DNA of 64,000 nucleotides from Monocercomonoides exilis PA203 (Eukaryota; Protista; Preaxostyla): NCBI GenBank assembly GCA_001643675.2, contig LSRY02000041.1, positions 744,001 to 808,000 of the forward strand, written 5' to 3'. Below the pieces are notes generated by a model that was not told the origin of the DNA, made no database searches, and saw only the letters and a list, made by a program, of their open reading frames with translations. The position numbers and the translations under genes were made by a program. Positions 54,888 to 64,000 of the stretch are shown piece by piece (the stretch's first letter is position 1; the number at the start of each line of letters is the position of its first letter).

Positions 54888-55240
54888 GTGCATAAACCCG
54901 CACTTTTTCACAAACCCACACACTTGACATTTTCTTTCGAAATTCTCATCCGCATTCATATATGTGAAAGCATTGTGCATTTTAATGGCACCAATGACTT
55001 CTTTTTGTTCAATATATAGTATTTCGAATGAAAAATCGAAAACAAAAATTTTTGATCAAAAGAACAAAAAAGTTCAAAATTTTTTGTTTTCGATTTTTCA
55101 TTCGAAATACTATATATTGAACAAAAAGAAGTCATTGGTGCCATTAAAATGCACAATGCTTTCACATATATGAACGTTGATGAGAATTTCGAAAGAAAAT
55201 GTCAAGTGTGTGGGTTTGTGCAAATGTATGAGTTTTGCAC
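54888..55240. repeat. Left terminal palindrome (hairpin)
   Basis: Near-perfect arms around a loop at about 55056-55073; both strands give near-identical 69-aa translations. Confidence 0.95.
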
Positions 55241-55903
55241 CTAACTATTTGATATTTGACAAGAAAAACCCTTTGAGTGTTACAAATGTTATTTCAAAAA
55301 AGAATGATTTGTAACCCATAAGTCATACGTTTTTCGAAAAAGATTCATTTTTTTAAATATACCTATATGAATAAATAGAAGACATCGCTATTCGTCAAAA
55401 AGTCTTTTCTTTTGTCAGTTTGTTTTAATATTGATTATAGAACTGGAAATGAGTTTTCTTCCTCGTATTGATCGATATATTTTGTCTGTTGCATTCTTTA
55501 TTCGTTGTCTTTGTGGCAATTTACAAATAATTTATTTTTTGTTTTTTATCAAATGATATTGCTCTGAACAAAGTTCACATATGAACTTTGTTCAAAGAAG
55601 TATTCAATCTCCATCTCAGTTTGATAAAAACTTCTCTTCTCAAGCGCTCGCATACCAACCTTCAGCTTCTGCGTCTGCTTCTCAGCATTCAAATGTGTTT
55701 GGTCCAATTGAAGTTCAGGAACATCCCTATATACTATCTTGTTCACCAAAAAAAAAATAAAATGGAAAAGTTTGAATTAGAAAATTACAAAGAATATTTT
55801 TTCCACAATTTTCTTTATGTGATCTGATATTTCCAGAAAAGAAACAAACGATACGTTTAATTTTGTTCTTCGAAATGCTGGTTCAAATAAAGATAGCGTT
55901 GAA

Positions 55904-57464
55904 ATGAAAATTATGAATACTGAAATTAGGGAATTATCATCTACTGAGCCAGAGGGACAGCTATTTGATTACTTACGCAAATAAAAATCATTTGATAGAT
56001 ATAAATTAACCGAAAAACAAATATTCAGCATTATTTGCGAACTAGAAAACGAAACCAACCAGACTCCGAAAAAAGGATCAAAAGGATCTTTATCACTCAC
56101 TGACAAAGTGCTTTATTACCTCGAATGGCTGTCTTCTGGTACTACATAAACAAGAATTGGGATTTGGTTAAACAGAAGTAACTACATCTTTTCTCATGTA
56201 ATTATTCAAATACGTCCAATCCGATTGAAAAAGCTATAGGAAAAATGAATGTCGAGAAAAGAAGACCAAAATATACTAATATAAACGAATTTTTTGGAAC
56301 GGTTGCATCACTTGTTGATGTAACGTCAATAAGAACAGATAAGCCAGTAAGCAGTTTTGAAAGTCAAAAGTTGCTCTGGAATGTTCATCATAAAGTTTTA
56401 GGATTGATAATACAGGTTGCAGTTGTGGCTAGCTATCCTTTTGAAGCATTGCTTGCTTTTGAAGTTGTTGAGGGTTACATACATGATTTCTCTTTGTTCA
56501 AACAAAACTTGCAGCCGTTGGAAGAGTACAGTCAAAACCGGATATTATCACGTCGATTACAATCACATTCGTTTGTGGACACATTTTTCGATGCACCGAC
56601 ATTTTTTGCCGAAATTTCATTCATTTTCAATCGCATATAATCACAGAGATAAATATATACAATCTCATTTTTTTTCATTATGTGTGGATTTTTCATTGAA
56701 AAATCGATTTTTGATCAAAAATTTTGATTTTTTATTTTTCAAAAATATGAATTAATAAGACTGAATAACATTATAAAACATTAAAAATGGCTGTTTCTAT
56801 TGAAAAATGTATTTTTATGAAGAATTTCCAAAAATAAAAAATCGACACAAAATTTTTTAATGAATTAATAAATTTAAATATTTTTCTGTGTAAAGTTTTA
56901 TCGCATTAAATCACAATCGGATATAGTCACAAAAAGTCGTGCTAAAACCGATGTGATTATTTCCGGTTTTGACTGTATTTTCAAATATCAGAATATGAAA
57001 GAGACAAATATGGATTGGATGAAGGAATAAAACATTGGAATGTCATGGCAAACAGAGGATATCAAGGTGATGTTGAAGGAATATAAGTTATAACACCAAT
57101 CAAAAAAGCTAAAACGATAGAAGAAATCACATTCAATGAAAGATAAGCAAAGAAACGAATTCCTATTGAATTGTTTTCCGGAGGAATGAAGAGGCAATGG
57201 AAGCTATGTGCAAACATGTGCAGAAACAGCTCAGATGATGCAAAGTTAGATATCGAAATTGCAGTTTGGTTAACAAATTAATATATTCAGGCATATGATT
57301 CATGTGAAGATGATGGATCATTTGAGAAGCAATGCATTTCTTTTGATCAATTAGAGGTTGAAAAGCAATACATTGCTTCTCAATCGAATGCTTTTTTCAG
57401 AGAAAAAATCATAAGTATACGAAGTGCCTCGCAAATTGAAAACATGAACAACAACCATTCGTAA
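55904..57464 (+). pseudogene. DDE_Tnp_4-like (Harbinger/ISL2EU/IS5) transposase pseudogene interrupted by a MITE
   Basis: HTH-like LSLTDKVLYYLEWLSSGTT*TRIGIWL, then SLVDVTSIRTDKP..QKLLWNVHHK..IQVAV..GYIHDFSLF. After MITE removal it continues in frame as VMANRGYQG..VITPIKK..EEITFNER*AKKRIPIE..GGMKRQW. Confidence 0.85.
56529..56975. mobile_element. Tc1/mariner (pogo-like) MITE, 447 bp, TA TSD
   Basis: TA|CAGTCAAAACCGGATATTATCACGTCG vs the reverse complement of the right end, TA|CAGTCAAAACCGGAAATAATCACATCG. Excision restores the transposase frame. Confidence 0.9.
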
Positions 57465-57821
57465 CAACGAATAATATCAGCTGATGAAATTATATCCAAT
57501 GAAAAAAGCAATGAAAAAAATTAATTTTTCTTTCACCATTTTTATTATTTGTTTGCTCGGTTTTTCCTGAATATTGTTGATCATTCAGGTTTTTTTGCTG
57601 ACTAGATTTGACTTTTATTTTTATAAAAAATATTAATATCAACAAATGGCTATTAATTTCTTCATATTTCCACTTTCAGTAACAAATGATGTTTTTATTC
57701 ATGAATTATTCTTGATTCAGAAAAATTAAGTGATCCTATCGTTTTGTTTTTTGTTCTATTCATTGAGAAAAGCATTTTCTTTCGTGAAAGAAAAAAACAG
57801 TAACGAAATATTAATAGTTAG

Positions 57822-58174
57822 GTGCAAAACCTGCACTTTTGCACAAACCCACACACTTGACATTTTCTTTCGAAATTCTCATCCGCATTCATATATGTGA
57901 AAGCATTGTGCATTTTAATGGCACCAATGACTTCTTTTTGTTCAATATATAGTATTTCGAATGAAAAATCGAAAACAAAAATTTTTGATCAAAAGAACAA
58001 AAAAGTTCAAAATTTTTTGTTTTCGATTTTTCATTCGAAATACTATATATTGAACAAAAAGAAGTCATTGGTGCCATTAAAATGCACAATGCTTTCACAT
58101 ATATGAACGTTGATGAGAATTTCGAAAGAAAATGTCAAGTGTGCTGGTTTTAGCAAAAGTGCGGGTTTATGCAC
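57822..58174. repeat. Right terminal palindrome (hairpin)
   Basis: 57842-58143 reads identical to 54909-55210. Confidence 0.95.
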
Positions 58175-58348
58175 ATTCTATAAAAGAATAAATGGAAAAG
58201 ATAAAGTTATTTCGAAAAGACAATTTCATACAGAGAAAGATTGTTATATATTGTCATGCAAAAAACGATTCCGATAAAAAAAAATTCATTCACAAAATTT
58301 TATTGTCTTCTCGAAAAGTGTGCTTCTTTCTGAAAAATATCAACTTTC

Positions 58349-58500
58349 GTTCGAGTTTTGATCAAATTTTTAAGCACAATGGGATTTCTGTAATAAATAT
58401 GTTTCTGCAATAACAACTTCATAAACAGTTAATTTCATATATTATTGTTCATTTTTTCAAAAATCTCATTGAGATAAAAAATCTTATCAAAACCCGAACA
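58349..58500. repeat. Degenerate inverted repeat
   Basis: GTTCGAGTTTTGATCAAATTTTTAAGCACAATGGGATTT vs reverse complement GTTCGGGTTTTGATAAGATTTTTTATCTCAATGAGATTT. Confidence 0.55.
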
Positions 58501-58865
58501 AAAATTTTATTTCAAAAAGGATTAGCCATATTTGTGAAGTTTCGAAATTGTGTTTATTAATACTAAATTTGAAAATAAAATAACATTGTTGTATGAAAAA
58601 TTGAGATTAAGAATAATTTTTTATTAATTTCTAAAAAGAGGATGAAAAATAATTGAAACGCAAAAAACAAATAAGTCATACGCAAAGAAATTCTAATAAA
58701 AACACTCTTGAACAAAATAAAATACTAAAAAATAGTTTCACTCCAAGGAAATACTATTTCAAAGTTGAACAAAAAATTTCTAAAATTTATATTTATTTTT
58801 GATGCAATCTCGTTCAAAAAAAAAAAAATTCTTCAAATGAAAAAATATAACAATTTTCACAATTT

Positions 58866-61800
58866 TTAACTGAATTTTTTTGGAGAAAATTGAATAATTT
58901 CATAAAGCGATTCTATTAATTGCTTAAAAGAAGCTTTCCCAAAGTGAAATCTGTGGCAAATAAATTCAACATCCGCAATCAACAATCTTATTCCCACAAT
59001 GAAATACAGCAAATCTTCTTCCTTTTCCACAAAAAGCGGGAAAAACGGCTCAAACGGGCGACGATGCGCTGTGCAAAAGGAGAGAAGTCTTGTAAACGTG
59101 ATCTTCTGGAACGTTCTATTGAACCTCTTTGACATAACGCTTGGAACCCAAATAGAGTTTTTCAAAGGCTGTAAATCATAACACTCTGAAGATAAAGACA
59201 AAGATGAAGATGAAGGAGAAGATGAAGGCGAATCCATATTTGAATGAGGCATAAAATGGAAGTCACACTGCTCAGAACCAGCAAATGATCTGATTTCGTC
59301 ATCAATTTTGTTCAGTGGAATATCTTTATGCCCTTCTTTTCTTGAATTAGAACTGAATTTCACAGAAGGCTCATTGTCAGCATCTTCCTCAATAAAGACG
59401 GGATGATTGTACCAATCACACGCATGCTCATTTGAGATATCATTTTCTGCTGAAGCTGAGGGAGATAAATCTGCCAAGTACGAAAGAGATGTCAACGAAG
59501 CTGGCGGCTTTGGGGATTTTGCAAGTGCAATCGAATCAGAACGAGCTGGAACAGGAACAGGAGCAGGAATGGAGAAAGAGATAGGAGGAGGAAGTGGAAG
59601 TGGAAGAGAAACTGAAGGAGAACGAGAAGAAGGAGAGTGTTTATCGTCTTGACAAGATGAAAGACTTGCACCATCAATGGCTTTATCATTGCTATCGTGA
59701 GTTTTCGTCTCAATGCAATCAATGTTTTCATTACCGCCCTCAGCCACAAGTTGATCATTTTCCGTATTTCTCTCCAATTTTTGTCTTTTAATCTCTTCTG
59801 CACTGTTATCAATCTTCTCATCGTATTTCTCATTTGCTTCAAGAGAATCACAATTCATCTGATTCGATTCTTTAACATCTCCATCTACAATTACCTTACC
59901 ATTAACATCTTCTTTTCCACTGTTCTTTCCATTTAAATCACAATTGGCTTCTTCCTTCTCTTGAGAAGAATTACTTAGCTTACTCGTGCTTTTCGACAAG
60001 AGAGAGGGAGGAAGAAGAGGATGAGCATCTGATTTGCTGTCATTGTCTGTGCTAATAATCGACGGAGGAGGTGTGGGAGGAACAATTACAAACGACATCA
60101 ACGCTTCCTTTGTTGAATCATCACTGGTTTTTTCTCCTTTTTCTTTTTGTTTTTCAGCTTTCATTTTTTCCTTTGTGGAGCTCATACTTTCTTTTCCTGC
60201 TGATTCTAGCTCTGCCTGCTTCCTTTCCGTGAATTCTCCACCCTTTTGCAAATTTGTGGTTTTATTACGATTCGTACCAATTTCTCGAATCAAAGGCGAA
60301 GAAACTGTTGCCTGAGCCAAGATCTGTGTGTATTTAAGCAATGGAGAGTTGCTCGCTTTGTCTGTCAGCGACAATCGATTGTTGGCTGCTGATCCTTCTC
60401 TCCTTACAATGTTAGCCACTTGCAATTGTGGATTCTTCAACATAGACGAAGAAAGCACACTATTTGAAGCATATGAATAGCTCGAGTCCAGCATCACTGT
60501 TGCCGGTGATGCTATTGTTGTGACTGCGATTGGCGTAGGCGCAGAGAATGAAGACGAAGGCAAAGGCAGAGGCAGAGGCGAAGGAGAAGGCAAAGAAGTG
60601 CGAGTGAGTGACACAACAAGCTTTGGAGCAAGCTTTTTCATCAGATTTTCGAAGCCAGCAGCAACAGAAAAGTTGTTGGAAAGCGTCATGTCAGTGCTTG
60701 CAGACATGATTGACTGAGAATAAGACTGAATAGAAGAGGCTAACGATGTTGGCGAGAATGAAGGAGAGGAAGAAGGATAAGAAGGATACGAAGAATACGA
60801 ATATGAAGAAGAAGAAACTGGAAATGAAGAACGAGATAAGCTAACAACATTGCCATTCCCTTCTCGTTCATCCCAGTTGTTCTCCTTCATCTTCAGCATT
60901 TCTTCCACCAAATCCAGCTCCATCCACTCATCCAGCAGCGCATTCTCCTCTTCGTTGTTCTTCGACCCTTTCAGCCCCGTGAACACCCCGCTGCTTGCTC
61001 TGTGAAGAAACTTGGCCTGCGGCGATGTGTTTAGATTCATCAGGGGAAATGCAATAGTTGCACAGATGACAGAGCGAGAGGCAGCAGGAAACAGTGGGTG
61101 AGGCAGAGGGATGGCGGTGTAGACAGAAATCAGGTGGAGCAAGTGGGCGACGTGGCCCAAGCCGGCAGAAAGGCGCTCGAATGTGCTTGTGGAAACAGGA
61201 GGGCATAGAGACACAGTATCCAAAAAGGGAGAGAGAGAAGAAAGAGAAGGAGTGAGCGGAAAGGGGGTTTGCTGGTCGATAGTGGGGAGTGAGGAGAAGA
61301 GAGAGAAATGTTTGTGTTTGTGTTTGTGGTGGGAGGAGGTGGAGTTGTGTGAGTGCGAATGTGACTGTGAAAGGGCTTGTGTTTGTGGTTGAGATGGTTT
61401 GTTTGATTTGGGTGTTGATGATTCAGGAGATGAGAGGGAAGGTGAAGATGCTGATGAAAGTGAAGATGAAGGCGAGAAAGAAGATGATGAATTTGAATTT
61501 GAATCTGATGAAGAAATCTGACTTTCAGATATTTTCCCAGAACAATTAATACTTTTATGCTTGTCAAAAGACAATGAAGAAGAAGAAGAAGAAGAAGAAG
61601 AAGAAGAAGAAGAAGAAGAAGAAGAAGAAGCCCTCAGACTTTCATCTGTTTGAGAGTCCACCAAAGATAATGGAGGCAAAGGTTCAGGAGGTAAAGGTAG
61701 TTTCGATTGAGAAGCAGAAATGGAAGAAGAAGAAGAAGATGATGATGTGGAATGAGGTAGTGAAGGAGGAGGGCAAGGAGGAATGGAAGAAGGCAGAGTT

Positions 61801-63867
61801 GAAACAGATGGAGTGTTATTTGAAATGCTTGAATTGTCATTTGCTGATAATTGCGGAGATTGAGGTGATGATAAAGAAGAAGAAATCGATGGAGAAGAAG
61901 AATTTGAAGAAGAATTTGAAGAAGAATTTGAAGAAGAATTTGAAGAAGAATTTGAAGAAGAAGAAGAAGAAGAATCTTGAAGTGAATTTGACAAATGACT
62001 TTTATCATAATTCTCTGAATTGTTTGAAGCAGCATTTGATGAAGCATTTGAAGAAATATTTGAAGAGTTATCAGGTTTCAATTGGCTATCTGTTATCACT
62101 CCAACTGGAGATTTTCTTTGCTTTGGGAAATGGCTTATTCGATAAACTGAATCAGAAACAGTTTCATTATGGAAATTTGGATCATTTTGAAGACTATGTG
62201 AATGATATATTTGAACATGATTGGAAATAGAAGAATAAGAAAATTGATTATTGGGAGAAGAAGAAGAAGATGATGATGATGATGATAAAGATGATGCAAT
62301 TGATGATAATTGTGAATTTTCAGATAAAAATTCATTTGTTTTGCTGAATGAATGAGTTGAAGTTGGAAACATCTGATTTGAAGAAGATGGAGTGTTTTGT
62401 TTGAAATCATTGATAACTTTGAGATTCTTCAGAAACACAAACTGAGAGGAAGGAGGAACAATCCAGTCAGGAACGAACGATACAACTGGAAATGTGGAAG
62501 AAGAGGAAGAAGAGGAAGAAGAGGAAGAAGAGGAAGAAGAGGAAGAAGAGGAAGAAGAAGAGGAAGAAGATGATGACGAAGATGAAGAGAAAGATGAAGA
62601 AGAGGAGGAGAAAGATGTTGAAACTCCTTTTGTGCATTCAGCTTTATCATTTTCAATGTTTTGTTCAATATTCTCATAATTAAGTTTATTTTCATCTCTC
62701 TCTGAAAATGAAGGCAAACGACAATATGATTGATAAAGCACGCTCAAAAACTGCCTTTTCATGTATTTTCTGCACTCCCGCATTGTTTTCTGTATCTTTT
62801 CATTCTCCTTCATCAAAAGCATCCGATTCTTCTCGTTTTCGTCGATTAATCCATTGCATAATCTTTTATTCTTGCTGAATTTACCTTCGATTTCGTTCTC
62901 TTTCTTCTTTTGCAAGTTTATTTCTCCATTTTCCGTTCCTCTTTCTCTTTCTCTTTCTTTTTCCCCTCTTCCCTCTTTATCTTCTTCTCTTTCTCTTTCC
63001 ATTTCCCCTCTTCCTTCTCCTTCCCTTTCTTCTCCTTCCTCTCCTCCCTTTTCTTTCCTCCTCTTATCAAAGAACCTCAGCACCACCAGCCATTCATTCG
63101 GCCTCAGATGGCTCGTCCAGCTCTTCACAGAAAGTGTGTCTTCTTCCACTTCAAACGAAGAAGGCAAAGAAATGCCACACAAATAGAACAAACGCGCTTG
63201 TTTGACAGGAGGCGGAGGAAGAGAAGGAAGCTGGCGAGTGAAGAGAAGGAAGTTCGTGTGTAAATGTGCACCGATGAGACGAAGGGGGAAAAGAGGGGTT
63301 TTGAAGAAGGAGGAGGAGAAGAAGCGGAAGAAGCTGTTTGAATAAGAAACAGAAGTGAAAGGGGGTTTGATTGGCTTGAAATTGCCCTGGGGAGTGAGGG
63401 AGAAAGAGGAAGACAAACGAGAATAGGAGAAGAGGGAAATGAAATCATTGCAGGAGTTCAGTGAGGAATTATCAGAGAATTGTGTGTCTGTGTGAATGTC
63501 TCTATTTGAGGAAGAGGAAGAGGAAAAAGAAGAATAGGAGGAGGAGGAGGAAGAAGAAGACAACAATAATGAGTTGACTTCACCATTAGTCCTCGAACTG
63601 CCCATTCCATCGAACTTCTGTGAAAAAGCCGAGAAATTCGGCTGAAACGTGCGAAGCGCCAAAAATTGGCTATTTTTTTCGATTTTCCCAATTTTGTTGA
63701 AGTCAAACAGAAGCATTTCAGAATTAGCTGAGTGCATTTCTTCTTTGTTGGCTTCGATGAATGGAAGAAGAGAAGAAAGGGAAAGAGAAGAAGGAGAGAG
63801 AAGAGATGAGAGGGATTTGAGGGAGAGGGTGTGGGGGGTGAGGATGTTTGGAGTGGAAGAAGAAGAA

Positions 63868-63902
<35 letters not shown>

Positions 63903-64000
63903 GGAGGAGGAGGAAGATTGAAATGATTGATTTGTGGTTAAAGAAGAATAAGAAGAAGAAGAAAAAGATGATGACGATGAAAAGGAAGAAGAACGAGATG
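58866..64000 (-). CDS. UVRAG/Vps38/Atg14-family protein with very large Ser-rich insertions; 5'-partial (frame open to the window edge)
   Basis: Conserved blocks in family order: LFPL, YLCGISLP, RLSAGLGHVAHLLHLISVYTAIPLPHPLFPAASRSVI, FFPLF...FIVGIRLLIADVEFIC. Confidence 0.7.

Larger units (their letters stand above)
54888..58174 (+). mobile_element. IS5-like (PIF/Harbinger-ISL2EU group) transposon relic with ~350-bp palindromic termini
   Basis: Outer ends GTGCATAAACCCGCACTTTT and AAAAGTGCGGGTTTATGCAC are inverted. Inner flanks GCACCTAACTATT and AATAGTTAGGTGC are inverted. Contains a DDE transposase pseudogene. Confidence 0.8.

Noticed and set aside
54956-55173. 69-aa ORFs on both strands, repeated at 57889-58106
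   Set aside because: By-products of the palindrome, with non-ATG starts and no coding evidence.

Overview
AT-rich eukaryotic DNA with short (45-71 bp) GT-AG introns and the standard genetic code. By inference it comes from an anaerobic metamonad, most likely an oxymonad such as Monocercomonoides. The basis is the bacterial-type GAPDH, expanded beta-helix surface proteins with kinase-like tails, and a dispersed helical family ending in DY(F/L)VNV. The left 44 kb holds three beta-helix/Cys-rich membrane surface protein genes plus a pseudogene, GAPDH, a Kelch/Cys-rich three-TM protein, and three copies of the DYFVNV family (one intact, two disrupted). Bases 44.9-58.6 kb are a nested DNA-transposon island. 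A foldback-like element with tandem-repeat TIRs (44956-54361) contains a TA-CAG MITE and a complete 7.7-kb hAT element with 18-bp TIRs, an exact 8-bp TSD, a near-intact transposase and about 4 kb of gene-like cargo. Next to it is a decayed IS5-like (PIF/Harbinger-ISL2EU) transposon with a mariner-type MITE inside its transposase. That transposon's two ends are ~350-bp hairpins whose 302-bp cores are identical but lie in direct orientation inside inverted flanks, a flip/flop-like arrangement. The window ends within a long Ser-rich UVRAG/Vps38/Atg14-like gene. All alignments and translations beyond the ORF track were done by eye.
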